From: the human T2T-CHM13v2.0 reference genome, Homo sapiens
Reading direction: 5' to 3' (one strand)
Assembly (NCBI RefSeq): GCF_009914755.1
Contig: NC_060937.1
Length of the DNA stretch: 64,000 nucleotides
Of the stretch, positions 40,324 to 53,850 are shown in pieces. The position numbers were made by a program, and so were the translations under genes. Position 1 is the stretch's first letter, and each line of letters starts with the position of its first letter. The notes under the pieces were generated by a model that was not told the DNA's origin, ran no database searches, and worked only from the letters and a program-made list of their open reading frames with translations.

Positions 40324-40510
40324 GCTTCTGCTCCCAGCTACGACAAGTAGCCTGTATTAGGACAATCCTTCCAAGAACAACTATAAAAGCTGAATACAGT
40401 TCCAAAGAATACCAATGTCAAGGCATTCCAGAGCAACCAATGCAGCCAGGACCTAAAGATCTAAGATTCCAGGAAGAAGGAAGGAACACGGAGGGAAGCC
40501 CAGTGCCACC
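40324..40510 (+). mobile_element. Old L1M 5' end fragment
   Basis: gcttctgctcccagctacga..aacaactataaaagctgaa.. resembles an L1M 5' UTR start. Confidence 0.45.
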
Positions 40511-40681
40511 TGCTGCTCAATTTCTGATGACTTTGCCAATCTGACAGCTCTGCCAGTGCCTAAGGAGCAAGCTCCAAATGCCCAGCCCCTCAGAGGTCAT
40601 GTCCAGCTTTCACACGTGTCTACCTGGATTCTGCAGGTATCCGATGCAGTGTCAGAGAAGCCACTGGGCAGAAAACAAACC

Positions 40682-40710
40682 AAAAAAAAAAAAAAAAAAA
40701 AAAAAAAAAA
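40682..40710 (+). repeat. Poly(A) tract (A29)
   Basis: 29 consecutive A. Confidence 0.95.
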
Positions 40711-40716
40711 GCATGG

Positions 40717-41554
40717 CATAATAGGTTGAATACCATGTTTCCAGAATTTGTGTCCATCCAGAACCTCAGAATATGAACTTACTTGGAAATAAAGTCTTTG
40801 CAGATGTAATTGGGTAAATTAAGATGCGCTCATACTGGATAAAGGTGGGCCTAAATCCAGGTGTCTCTATAAGAAGAAGAGGGGACACCAAGAGACACAA
40901 GGAGGGAAGACCATGTGAAAATGAACACAGAGATTGGAGTGATGCCTTTACAACAGGGGTCCCCAACCCCCAGGCCACAGACCAGTAGTGGTCTGTGGTC
41001 TGTTAGAAGCTGGGCTGCACAGAAGTAGGTGAGCTGTGGGTGAGCAAGCATGACCACCTGAGCTCTGCCTCCAGTCAGATCAGCGGGCATTAGATTCTCA
41101 TAGGATCATGAACCCTATTGTGAACTGTGCATGCCAGGGATCTAGGTTGTGTGCTCTTTATGAGAATTGAACTAATGCCTGACAATCTGAGGGGAAACAG
41201 TATCATCACCAAAGCATCTCCCCACCAACCCCCAACCATGCGACTCCCCCCCACTCCCCTCCCCTCCCCTATTCATGGAAAAATTGTCTTCCATGAAACC
41301 AGTCCCTGGTGCCAAAAAGGTTGGGACCACTGCTCCAACAAGCTGGGAAAGCTGGGGAATGCCAGGAGACACCAGGAGCTAGCAAGAGGCAAGGGAGAAT
41401 TCGATTCTTCCCTAGAGCCTTCAGAGAGACATGGCCCTGTTGACATCTTGATTTTCAGAGTTCTGGGCTCCAGAATTGCAAGAATATAAATTTCTGTTGT
41501 TTTAAGCCACCCAGTTTGTGGTCATTTGTGACAGTATCTCTTGGAAACAAATGG
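40717..41554 (+). mobile_element. MLT1C-like MaLR LTR split by MER1B
   Basis: ggaaataaagtctttgcagatgtaatt..gagattggagtgatgc | ..ccctagagccttcagagag..aaatttctgttgttttaagccacccagtttgtgg. Confidence 0.9.
40954..41332 (+). mobile_element. MER1B (hAT-Charlie)
   Basis: caggggtccccaaccccc..cattagattctcatagg..ccctggtgccaaaaaggttgggaccactg; degenerate TSD ctttacaa/ctccaaca(a). Confidence 0.93.
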
Positions 41555-41889
41555 TGTGGGCCCCAGATGGGGTGCTGTTAGTTGGAAGCTTTACAAAGCT
41601 ACCTGAAGATTGTGCAGATTAGGCTGCTGAAGGAGTAGGAAGAAAGGGAGGCCTTCACCATGGTGCCCAAGAGGGATCCAGCACACTGGCCCATCTTCTC
41701 ATTGAAATGTTAATGGCTATTGCACTGGAGTTTGAACGGGTTACTTGGCCAGTTTGGTTTCCTTCCTGTTCTCTAAAACAGGTGCTTATTCCTACTTTCC
41801 AGACACTACTTGAGCTCTGAGTTGCCCTACATCCAGCCCTCTCACTACAATTCCAAATCCTGCACATGGCTCCTAGCCAGGTGAAGTGC

Positions 41890-42060
41890 TGCCTCCTAAA
41901 ACATTTTACAACTCATTTAATTTTCTCTTCTCTGAAACCATTACTCCCTTATTTCACACAGGAAAACACTAACCCCAAGAGAAGTCAAACGGTTTGTCCA
42001 AGGTCAGCCAGCTAGGAAGAAGAAGGACCAAATTAGAATCTCAGGTTCTCTTGCCCCCAT
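41890..42060 (-). mobile_element. MIR fragment
   Basis: agagaagtcaaacggtttgtccaaggtcagccagctagg. Confidence 0.7.
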
Positions 42061-43159
42061 CAATTTCCATTTCTGTAATGCTACACTGCCACAGCCATCT
42101 TTGCATTTCTCTCTCTTATGTAGCAAAAACATACTTTCTTTAGCAGGTTGTTTTCCAGTGACTGGAATAATGATTGAGCTCCTGCTTCTTCCTTGATCAG
42201 AGGAGGGGAACTAGATCTATTAGCCCTGCCACATGTCTTTTGTGATACTAAATTATATTTGATTGCTACTGATTTTATTTGCAGCAGCAAAACTGATGCT
42301 CTACTGTGCATCTGACTTGTCACTAGTTATGTACAATGTTATTGATTTAGACATTGACCCTAATATTTGCTAGGGCTCCTTTACCCTAATGGTTTCTTTA
42401 GATTTATAAATTGATTATTTTGATAGTTTTCGTTGTACTAATAAACTTTTCACATCAAGTGAAAATGCAGTTGCTATAATTTCATTATTAAGCCTATGCC
42501 TAGTGGACTGCATTGAATCGGGTGCAGCCTGCGATATCCGATAATATATGGTTATTGAGAAGCTGTGTGCCTGATTTCTGATTTATAATAATTTTATGGT
42601 CTGTTATTTGCAGAGTTTATAATGTTCCTGGCAGTTAAACACAAAGCCATAATTTACAAAGGGAAGATTTAGAGTTTCTAACCTTCTCAGTTTTGGAGAT
42701 GATGGTTGCTGGAGTTACATAAGCTCAGACATTATCGATTCCCATTGAAGCTAAGTCTGCAGTTTATACTTAGGTTTAGGCCCATCAAAGTCAATTACCG
42801 GAAGAAGTTACATGTATCGCCAACTATCATTGCTTTTTTCCCTCCATTTTTCTCCAGAAGGGTTTATTGATCATTACTTTGTTTATTATTTATTGGCCTT
42901 AATCCTTTGAGTCTCAAAATAAGAGCCTTAGGTGAGTTTTTCCCACCAATATAAAATACCTATTGTCATGCTTCGTTATGCATTGACATTATCTTGTGCG
43001 AAAAATGCTTATGGACCATACTTTTGATCTATTTTCCCATTCATTTACTGGTATTCTTTGAGAGAGTTTGTCTATTTTTATACTATTTAAAAGCTGCCTT
43101 TATTTGTATAATCTGTACTTGACTCACTCTGTTCAAAATGACAATGAAGTGTTTTATAT

Positions 43160-43310
43160 TACAAACATTTTTGAGTATACAGCATGTGCCATGCCCAGGA
43201 CTTGCTACCTGACGCTTGATGGAACAGAGATTTAAAAATGTATCCCCTGCCATTGAAGAACTCACAGTCCAGTGACAAAGCAAAATACACAGAAATAATT
43301 AAAATTCATT
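43160..43310 (-). mobile_element. L2 3' end
   Basis: aaacatttttgag..atgtgcca..tcccctgccattgaagaactcacagtccagtg. Confidence 0.7.
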
Positions 43311-44056
<746 letters not shown>

Positions 44057-44229
44057 GGTTGAAGTATTAATATATGAAATTACTAATATCTGATTTTTTT
44101 CATCTTCAAAGAGTTAGTTTCACATACTTCACTCTAAGAGTGGTCTTGGTCCCATAGTGCAGCACAAATTATAACTCAGAATTGTGCATGCAGAGCAGAC
44201 TAGTGAGCAAGCACTAACTGCTGAAAGGT

Positions 44230-44560
44230 CTGAGGAGGTCTAGTGAGGATGCTTGGGTTGATTTTGAAGGATGAGTTCCATTCACTAGACAGAAAGAGGA
44301 GGGGTGTGGACTCCAGGCAGGGGGACAGTTTTCTTGAATCATAGATTGTAGCTGTGTTATCACTGATAAGCATTTGGATGCCTGGGGTGTAGGTGCCTGG
44401 TAGGAGTGGTTGGAAAGATTTATAGGACCAACCTGGAGGCTTTTAGATGTCATGCCATGGGGCTGGGACTTGTCCTGGAATCAATAGGGATGTCACAAAG
44501 TTAGGCTTATTTTTAGAAAGATAATTCTTAAGGGGATAATAAATTAAATCTACATTTTCA
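44230..44560 (-). mobile_element. L2 fragment
   Basis: ttttgaaggatgagt..actccaggcaggggg..ggacttgtcctgg. Confidence 0.6.
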
Positions 44561-44949
44561 CTTTTTAAAAAACTTTCTAAAAGGGTCTTTTTAAATATTT
44601 GCAAGTGGTACATCTGTCTACAAAGGCAGGTTGCCATTGCTGGTTTTATTTTAAGCCTATTACTCTATACCATTTTAGTGAAGGACAAATACCCAAAGAG
44701 GGATGGTCACCATCTCTCTTCTTCCACTCAAACGTGAAATCCAGCCTGGCAAGAGGGATCATCTGCCCACGAAACACCTTGGGCCAACAAGGGCAATTCT
44801 TGTCAGGGAAATCCTTAAGTCAGAGAGAACACTGTCAGAAAGCCAAGCTTCCTGCTGTTTGAGGAAGACAGCTGAGCCTGTAAGGAGACTGACAGTGTCT
44901 CTGAGTAAGAGCCTCACACTACCTAGAGCAATGCAAAACTCAACGTGGC

Positions 44950-45195
44950 CAACTCCATCTGGTCATTTAGATTTCAGCTTAAATGGTAACTCTTAAGTCA
45001 CTGGCTCTCCTGTCACCATATTTAGCTTCTCTGCATGCTTTCTGCCCTCCCGCCGCTCCATTTATTTAGCTGCATGGCAAGCAACCGTCCTCCTTTCCCC
45101 TCAAGAATGGAAACTCCATGCAAGCCGGGCATCAGCTGCCTTGTCTTGAGCTGTATGTGAAGCCCCCCAGAATAATGCCAGGCTCATAGTAACCA
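44950..45195 (+). mobile_element. L2 3' end
   Basis: tcagcttaaatg..agaatggaaactccatg..agaataatgccaggctcatagt. Confidence 0.6.
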
Positions 45196-45779
45196 TAGCA
45201 GCATACCCAAACTCTGCAGCTTTCTTCCTGCCATTTTGCTAATCAATCCTGCTCATTGACTGGAGATTTTGCTGAGTCAGAATCCTCCACACTAACTAAT
45301 CTTGCCATCAGTCTGCAGGAATTCTGTGACTGTGCAGACAGACTGTCAGTATCTTGACCACTCGTTTCTTTACCTCTTCATCTCTACTTCATTTTCCACT
45401 TGTTAGCTCCTGAAGCTGCTCTGCCACAAAAACCATTCTTCTAGTACAGTTACCTTCTATTCTTCCTCTCCCCATCATCTCTCTCCCTCTTCACTTCCCC
45501 ACCTTTTCAGCTTATACTCTCTTGTCAGCAATTTCAGTTGCCTTCTTCCCAATATCCTAACCAATTTCTACTCATCAATCCAACTAGAAAATGATGCGGT
45601 GGGGGTGGGATGAGTCTAAATTTCCATCTGATTTGCATCTGTATAAGATATTGAGTGATGCTAGAGAACGTCTCACAACCACGTGTATCAGACCACAAGA
45701 AATTCATGCTCACAACTTCAACTGTGCACAGCATGATAACACAAGTCTACCACGTTCTTTAGTCAGTGTCTCTGTCGCA

Positions 45780-46420
45780 GGCTAGACCACACCTTCCTCA
45801 TTGATTGTGGCAGCATGGGTCTGCCTGAGTTCACTGTGATTCCTACAGTCCATTTTCCAGGTTGTAGTTACCTTCCTGAAATACAAATATGTCTTACTTA
45901 AAACTCTTCAGTAGCTTTCCAATGTGATTAAAATCTGACATCCTTAGTCTGGTTCTTACAAGTTCTTCCATGATCTTGTGCCTGACTCTTCTATTCTATG
46001 ATCTCATGTCACTCTTTTTTTCATTCCTATCTGTGCTTTAAGTGGTACTGTATTTTTTTTTTAACTTTCTTGAAACTGAACCTCATACAGTTTCAGATCT
46101 GAGATGTATGTGCTCTGCGTCTTTCTGCCCAGAGTGCTCTCTCAGCCAGCTCTCCACCTCTTAACTCAGCCAACTCCTTCTCACCCTCAAGTCTTCACTT
46201 TAAAGTCCCTTCCTTAGGAGGGCATTTTCTGAACCTTCAAGGACCTCACTGATAGGCTCACACTGCAACATTTACCCCCTTAGTTATGGTTATCACTTTT
46301 TTCATTGTTTATTTAATCTCCAGCTTATCACTCTAAGCGTTCAAGTGCCCTTTATGGTTTCTCTCTGCTGTCTCTCTCAGACCTAGCAGAGTAGCAGCAC
46401 ACAGCTGGAAGTGAACTGAA
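45780..46420 (+). mobile_element. L2 fragment
   Basis: cttaaaactcttcagtagctttcc..ttccatgatcttgtgcctg..aactccttctcaccctcaagtct. Confidence 0.7.
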
Positions 46421-47093
46421 GGAGTAAAAGCTGCTCACTGGGGACTGGCACGACCTCAAGGTCCAAATTTCAGAACCACATGATTTCCCTCAAAAATCCA
46501 TTGATAGAACTGCCTCAGTGCCTGCTACTTCTATTTTGGTTCATGGATGCCATTCCTCTTTGTTATGAGAATTTGGGGTGAGGGAACAGGAACATAAATA
46601 AGCAGGAGAGTCATAGGTACAAGGAATGCTCCAGATGACTCTTCAGCCTGTGACCATTTGACTACCATGAATCACACGGATTGCACTGGCACAGAGCTCT
46701 CATTCCTGAAGGTTTGACAGCAACTTCAAGCCCAATAAATGACATCCTTACAATAAAAAGCAACATTCTATAAAAAGGGTGAAGAGTTAATATCCTCATG
46801 GATTTAAACCAGAGGTCTAGTACAGATATAGAACTTGAGTGATTCACAGGCCTTATGTATTTTTAATATCTGAGACCACAGGAAATGTGTCCAGGAGAAT
46901 GCTGCTAATGATACCATAATACGTGTCCACAGGTTTCTTACAGAGCTGTTGTCATTTTAACCCCATGACATAAAGTACAAATGACCTAATTGCCAAAGCA
47001 GAAATGTTTACCTAATCAGGATTCAGTGTGTTTCGGAAAAGAGAGAGAATAAGCTAAAGCTGTTACTTTACTTGTGCACTTACAAGATGATGC

Positions 47094-47477
47094 TGATATG
47101 GTTTGGATTTGTGTCCCTGCCCAATTCTCATTTTTGAATTGCAATCCCCAATATTGCAAGAGGAGCCCGGTGGGAGGTGATTTTATCAAGGGGGCGGATT
47201 TCCCCTTTGCTGTTCTCGTGATAGTGAGTGAATTCTCATGAGATCTGGTTGTTTAAAAGTCTGCGGCACCTTTCCCTTTGCTCTCTTCCTCCTGCTCCAG
47301 TCATGTAGGAGGTGCCTGCTTCCCCTTCACCTTTGCCATGATTTTAAGTTTCCTGAGGCCTCCCCAGCCATGCTTCCTGTACAGCCTGTGGAACTGTGAG
47401 CCAATTAAACCTCTTTTCTTTATAAATTACCCAGTCTCAGGCAGCTTTTTAGAGCAATACGAGAAGGAACTAATACA
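47094..47477 (+). mobile_element. MSTA MaLR solo LTR
   Basis: tgatatggtttggatttgtgtccc..ccatgcttcctgtacagcctgtggaactgtgagccaattaaacctc..ctaataca; perfect TSD gatgc. Confidence 0.96.
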
Positions 47478-48841
47478 GATGCCAACCGGTTTTTCCAAGA
47501 AACTCTGTAACTTAACTAGTGTGTTCTCAGCACCTGAGTGAAGGGACATAGAAGCCCAGGCTGTTGAGAAGCCCTTCTTTCCCCTGGGAAGGAAAGGCCA
47601 CTGCAAGTCTAATTTTTGCTTCTCTGGCAATGATAGTCTGGAGACACAGCTCTTCAGTTCCAAGAACCCAGTTTCTATTGTCGGTGGGAAACGTAATCAC
47701 AGGGGGAGAAAGGAAGGTGTTCCCGATGTCAGCGAGCAAGAGCTGGGAAAGGAAGAGATGAATGGGAACAGACATAGGAGTTTGCCTGTGAGGACAATTA
47801 CCTGAGTTGTGAGCAGTGACGACCGAATGAAAGGAAACCCACTGTAATTAAATAGGGTGGCAGTACGAGGAGCTGGGCCAACAGTTTCACACATCAGCTT
47901 TGATAGCTTATTTAGGAGGGGAGGGAATGTTCAAGGGGGAACAATCAGGGCTCATTGCATAAATGAATGAATGAAAGTTCCTAGTAGCCTGGTCATCACT
48001 CAAGGAGTGGCTGCACGCTCTGGAATGTCAACACTATAATGCCTCAATTTGCCTAGAAGAAAATTTAAATAAATAGATTTTCTATACAATCTTTTCTCCT
48101 CTATTGTTCCTTTCTGAAATTTGGTAGTTTAAAATGTACATCTACGTTATGGCTGTGTTTGTACTGAACATCTGAACCAGACTTAGTCCAGCCAAACTGT
48201 TCACTCCTGCTCTCGTCACGATCAATACCAGTCAAATCAATCTTGCAGCAATCTGCACCAATCACAGGAATGACCAAAATGAGACCAGCCAAGCTGCCAT
48301 CCAATTTCATGCCAAGGGACAGAGTCTTGGTGTCATTTGTAGTTGCAATTAAATCTGGCATAAAACATATTTAGCATTCCATCTTGTTCAACAGCTAAGT
48401 ACCACTTATTTCAACATAGCTTCATCAGAATATAAGCATAGAAAGATTAACCCTTTAGCACAAACAGGGGAAAACACCGGGCCAGTACAGATTGCTGCTT
48501 CAAGTACTTTCGGTCTCACTGGTCAGAGACTAACTCAAATTCTGTCACCTGCTATGCAGAAATCTCCATGAGTGCTTTAAAAGGGTAGGCTATCTCCCAC
48601 TTATTAATATTTAATGGCTTTGGGAAATCGTGGGTTATCTTACTCCCCTAGAAGGAATTATATATTTTGAGTGTTGTAAATATCTGTAGGCTTTAAGCTG
48701 CTCTGTGCTATGTAAACAAATGGCCTTGGTCATCATTTATTCCTGAAGTTATGAACCATGATGCATTTTACTGGCAGCATTTAGTTCTCATTACCATGCC
48801 TGGGCAAGTCTGCAGTTTCTGCTCTCATGGATAAGAGCGGC

Positions 48842-49094
48842 TTTATCTTTTTTTTCTTTTTGTTTAAGGCAGCGTCTCACTCCATCGTCCAGGCTGGAGT
48901 GCAGTGGCACGATCATGGCTCACCTCAGCCTCGACCTCCCAGGCTCAAGCAATCCTCCCAACCTCAGTCTCCTCAGTAGCTGGGAACACAGGTGTGCACC
49001 ACCACACCTGACTAATTTTGTTTTATTTTTCACAGAGACACTCTCACTATGTTGCCCGGGCTGGTCCTGTACTCCTGGGCTCAAGTGGTCCTCC
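48842..49094 (-). mobile_element. AluJ, 5'-truncated
   Basis: ccaggctggagtgcagtggcacgatcatggctcac..ctcctgggctcaagtggtcctcc. Confidence 0.93.
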
Positions 49095-49241
49095 TTGCAC
49101 TGCCATCAGTGCTCCCCAGCAGCTCCTTCCCTGAAGGAAAATCTGTGCTGCACTCACCAGCATGCTGAAGTAGCTGCTGCCAGTTGCTCTCAAGTTTGCC
49201 TTTGCCCACTGCCCAATCTAAAAGAAAAAGGGGCAGAAAGC

Positions 49242-49621
49242 TGTTATAGACTCAACTGTGCCCCCACAAATCCATAGGCTGAAGTCCTAACCCTCAATGT
49301 GACTGTATTTGGAAATAAGGCCTTTAAAGAGGTAATTAAGGTAAAAAGAGGTCATTGGTGTGGGACCCTGACCCAATAAGACTGGTGTGTGTCCTTTTGT
49401 AAGAAAAGGAAAGGACACCAGGAGCTATCATGCATGGAGAAAAGGCTACATGAAGACACAGTGAGAAGGCTGCAGGTGGGAAGAAAGGTTGCATCAGAAC
49501 CTGAGCCTGCTGGCATCCTGATCTCTAACTTCCAGCCTCCAGAGCTGTGAGGTAATGCATTTCTGTTGCTGAAGCCCTCATCTGCAGTGTTTTGTTATGG
49601 CAGCCGGGGCTCACTTGTGCA
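49242..49621 (+). mobile_element. MLT1A/MLT1A0 MaLR solo LTR
   Basis: tgttatagact..gtatttggaaataaggcctttaaagaggtaattaagg..cttccagcctccagagctgtgag..ttgttatggcagcc. Confidence 0.92.
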
Positions 49622-49777
49622 GAGGTGGACGTGCCACTCACTCCCGTGGCCAGTGCATGACCATTCTGCTCCACTTTCCCCAGATCACCATCCTGGGGCT
49701 TATTTGTCCTTCTGGAATTATTACACCAGAGACTATCGCAAACGTAGTATAATGACTGGCTGGCACATGCAAATAAC

Positions 49778-50159
49778 TTTGTATTATGATAAAATATACA
49801 TAACATAAAATGTACCATTTTAGCTATTTTGGACTGCATAGTTCAGTGGCATTAAGCACTTTCATCTTGTCATACTACCATCACCGCCATCTATCTCCAA
49901 AACTCTTTCATCTTCCCAAACTAAAACTCTGAATCCCCTGAACAATAACTCCACATTCTCCCCTCACCCCAGTTCCTAGTCACCATTATTCTACTTTCTG
50001 TCCCTATTAAGTTGACCACTCAAGGGACTTCCTATACATGAAACTCTATATATTTGTCTTTTTGTGTCTAGGTTATTTTACTTGGCATAATGTCTTCAAA
50101 TTCCATTCATGTTGTGATATGTATTAGAATTTCCTCCCTTTTTGAGCTTGAATAATATT

Positions 50160-50207
<48 letters not shown>

Positions 50208-50241
50208 TTTGTTTGTCCACTCAGTGAGTCACTTTATATGT
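49778..50241 (-). mobile_element. L1MB-type 3' end containing (TG)n
   Basis: aaaatatacataacataaaatgtaccatttta..gttcagtggcattaag..ccatctatctccaaaactctttcatc. Confidence 0.9.
50162..50204 (+). repeat. (TG)21 microsatellite
   Basis: Uninterrupted TG dinucleotide run. Confidence 0.98.
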
Positions 50242-50612
50242 TATATTAATCCATTCTCATGCTGCTATAAAGAACTGCCCAAGACTGGGCAATTTATAAA
50301 GGGAAGAGGTTTAATTGACTCAGTTTCGCATGGCTGGGGAGGTCTCAAAAAACCTACAATCATGGCAGAAGGGGAAGCAAACATGTCCTTCTTCACATGA
50401 TGGCAGGAAAGAGAAGTGCCAAGCAAAGAGGGAAAAGCCCCTTATAAAACCATCAGATTTTGTGAGAACTCACTATCATGAGAATAGCAGCAGGGGGGTA
50501 ACTGCCCCAATGATTCAATTACTTCCCACCGAGTTCCTCCCACTACATAAAGGGATTATGGGAACTGCAATTCAAGATGAGATTCAGGTGGGGACACAGC
50601 CAAACCATATCA
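50242..50612 (-). mobile_element. THE1C-like MaLR solo LTR inserted in L1MB
   Basis: ccattctcatgctgctataaagaactgcccaagactggg..gcaaacatgtccttcttcacatg..gccaaaccatatca; TSD tatgt/tttgt. Confidence 0.96.
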
Positions 50613-50681
50613 TTTGTTAACTTCTTTCTGTTACTTAGGTAACTTCTTTTTCTTGTTCTTGAAATCCTTCATCATCTATCA

Positions 50682-50904
50682 CAGTGGTTCTCAATCCCAG
50701 GGTGATTCTGCACAATTCTCACCCAACCCCCAGCACATTTGGGAACCTCTGAAGACAATTTTACTCTCACAACTGGGGGGTGCCACTGACATCTAGTAGG
50801 GAGAGCCCAGGGATGCGGCTAAACACCCTGCAATGCACAGGACAGCCCTACAGCAGAAAATTATCCAGCCCAAAGTGTCAATCACCCAAGGTTGAGAAAT
50901 CTTG
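50682..50904 (+). mobile_element. MER20 (hAT-Charlie)
   Basis: cagtggttctcaa..ccagggatgcggctaaacaccctgcaatgcacaggacagcc..ggttgagaaatcttg; TSD atctatca/atctataa. Confidence 0.93.
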
Positions 50905-50947
50905 ATCTATAATGTCCGTATTTAACATGGGATTGGCCCATTTTAAA

Positions 50948-51262
<315 letters not shown>

Positions 51263-51744
51263 TCATTTAGTGCTTTAGGGCTGCGACCTAAGTGTTTCTT
51301 TACTTCATTATTCCACAGACCCTTCCAAATACTCCACACCAACCAAGAAACCGCACATCCACCATCTGAACCAACTCAATTTCCCCTTCCTCCTTGCCCC
51401 CTTACCTTCTGCCACACAGGAGATCTTCTACTCTGTGTCTTCTCTGTCTTCCTATCACCTAAGTGCACCTTACTCTCTAGCCCCAAGTTGATAACCTTGC
51501 ACTTCCAAGTGTGTCCAGATTCGTCTGAATAGTCACTTCTTTAACCTTTACAAACCATGGCTTCCTTCCCTCTGAACTGCAGTCATGTCTGCAAGGGCAG
51601 CGTCAAACTTTGTGTGATCTTTATTGTTATATATTTTATCTCGGCTGCTGGACTCAGCTTGTTTTTCTACAAAGCTGCTTGACCCCACTCTGAATATATA
51701 TTCTCTAGGATTAATTGACCTTTACTGCTTTACCGCTTTAATTT

Positions 51745-52232
51745 TGTCACTAAGCCATCAATGAGCTCACTGCCCCATCCGCATAGAAGCCAGTACCATG
51801 GCACTAGCTTTTCAGAAAAGAAAACTTTATTGTGAGTTGACTGGTAAGGAGACTTGAGGAAAGGCTCAAATCTGTCTCCAGAGCTGGAGGATGTGTTGGG
51901 TTTTACAGGCATAGGATAATGACATATGATCTAATTGGATATTCAAATGAGGTGATGCCAGGAGGCATGATCTGACTGGATCCTGCCATGTGGTGACACC
52001 AGGGTTTGATCTGATTGGATGCTGGATCCTGCCACGCTGTGTCCACTTCTAAATTCTGTCCCTTCTCCTCAGTCTGAACGCTTAGGTTCTGCCCATGCTT
52101 GCCAGCTTGGGTCATCTGGGCATGCTCAGTTTCCATGACCTTCAACCTGGGGTTCTATGGCAGCTAAAAAACAACTCACAACTTTGTTACATAAACGTCG
52201 AGCCAGATTGGTCGGGTGCAGCTGCAGTTTCC
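51745..52232 (-). mobile_element. ERV solo LTR (LTR47-like)
   Basis: Reverse AATAAA at ~51825, internal repeated ggatcctgcca/gatctgattgg, aaacaactcacaactttgttacataaa..ccagattggtc; family name from memory. Confidence 0.7.
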
Positions 52233-52915
52233 TTAATATTTTGCTCTCATTTACAAAGCAGAAGTGGAGAGACAAAAGAATTGCACTCCTTTTTCCTCTC
52301 TAAATAACCATATTCTTTAGCTCTTGTCTTTTCAGTCTTCATGATTTCAGTGACTTATTTTTTGGCCAGTATACACACACCCAGAACAATAGCCCTGTTT
52401 ATCTCATCCTCATTCCTGTCATTGACAAAGTTCTGTATCATTCCTATTTATTTATACCAAAATCTAGGTGGCAAACATGGAGAGGTATTTACAAGTATTG
52501 CCTTCCTAGCTAGCTTGGCCTGGCTTCTGTTTCCGCCACTAGAGACAGCCTGCACCAATGATCATCAGTGAATTTCTCACTTCCAAAACCTGTGTTTATT
52601 TCATATTCACAATAACCCCTCAGAACTTGACACAGCTAAACTATTTTAAAATGTTGAGCTATTTACTTTACTTTCGTGGCCCTAAATTACCTTGGTTCAA
52701 TTTGCTTCTCGCTTCTGTATCGCTTCATTGGCTTTCCTCCTGCTTCCTCCCTCTAACAACTTCTTAAATATTAACATTTTTCCAAGCAAATTCATTTACA
52801 TTTACTGGTTTGTTCTCATACTTTCTTCACTAGAAAAATTATCCGCAAGCCAGCTTCTTACTTGAAGATATTGAAAAAAATTTCCATTTTTACTTTATTG
52901 TGACTTAAATTTAAT

Positions 52916-53575
52916 CCATCCAAGCCAAGTTGACCATCCCTTCCATCAAAAGATGACCATCCCTTCCATCAAAAGATGACCATCCTTTCCATCCAGAAGT
53001 GACCATACCTTCTACCCCAAGGTGACCAGCCATTCCATCCCAAGATGACCATCTCTTCCATCCCAAGGTGACCGTCCCTTCCATCCCAAGATGACCATCC
53101 CTTCCATCCAAAAATGACCATCCCTTCCATCCAAAAGTGACCATCCCTTCCATCCAAAGATGACCATCCCTTCCATCCCTAGATGACCATCTCTTCCATC
53201 CCAAGATGACCATCTCTTCCATCCCAAGGTGACCACTTACTCCATCCCAAGGTGTCCATCCCTTCCATCCAAAGATGACCGTCCCTTCCAACCCAACGTG
53301 ACCATCCCCTCCAACCCAACCCAAGGTGACTATCCCTTTCATCCCAATATGACTACCACTTCCATCCCAAGGTGACCATCCTCCTTTCGTCCCAAGATGA
53401 CTATCCCTTCCATCTCAAGGTGACTGTCCCTTTCATCCCAAGGTGAGTATCCCTGTCACCAAGGTGACCCTCCCTTCCATCCCAATATGACTATGTCTTC
53501 CATCCCAAGGTATCCACTCATTCCATCCCAAGGTCACCATCCTTTCCATCCCAAGGTGGCCATCCCTTCCATCCA
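52916..53575 (+). repeat. Minisatellite/VNTR, 23-bp unit (ccatcccaaggtgaccatccctt), ~28-29 diverged copies
   Basis: Directly visible tandem array, C-rich on + strand. Confidence 0.97.
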
Positions 53576-53850
53576 TTTCCCTATTTTGGTTAATGGCACT
53601 AGCATTCTGTCCATCTCCCATCCTACAAACTCTTCCATTATCTTTACATTACTTAGAGCTAGGAAATAACCAAACCTTGTCTATTATCTTTAATTTTTTT
53701 ATACCTCTTATATCCATCAATATTTTTCAACTTCAGCACTACCTCCATAACCCAGATCTTTTTACCTCACAAGACTTTTAAACCCTCTTAACTAGTTTCC
53801 TTGCTTCCATTTTTTCTTCTGCTAGTATATTTTGCACCATGTTGTACATT
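53576..53850 (+). mobile_element. L2 fragment
   Basis: ttccctattttggttaatggcactagcatt..cctcttaactagtttccttgcttcca. Confidence 0.6.

Noticed and set aside
40682-40710. Poly(A) tract as the tail of a processed pseudogene (also ~11531-11560)
   Set aside because: No upstream ORF, polyadenylation signal or TSD identifiable; simple homopolymer
48101-48361. 86-aa minus-strand ORF with fairly protein-like composition
   Set aside because: No family recognised and no convincing splice sites; needs BLAST/PhyloCSF to reconsider
52916-53575. CRISPR-like array
   Set aside because: Contiguous tandem units with no unique spacers, no cas genes, eukaryotic context
52911-53669. Repetitive G/W/D-rich ORFs (GWKGW, DGRDGH)
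   Set aside because: Translations of the 23-bp minisatellite; the unit is not a multiple of 3 and the same peptides cycle through all frames
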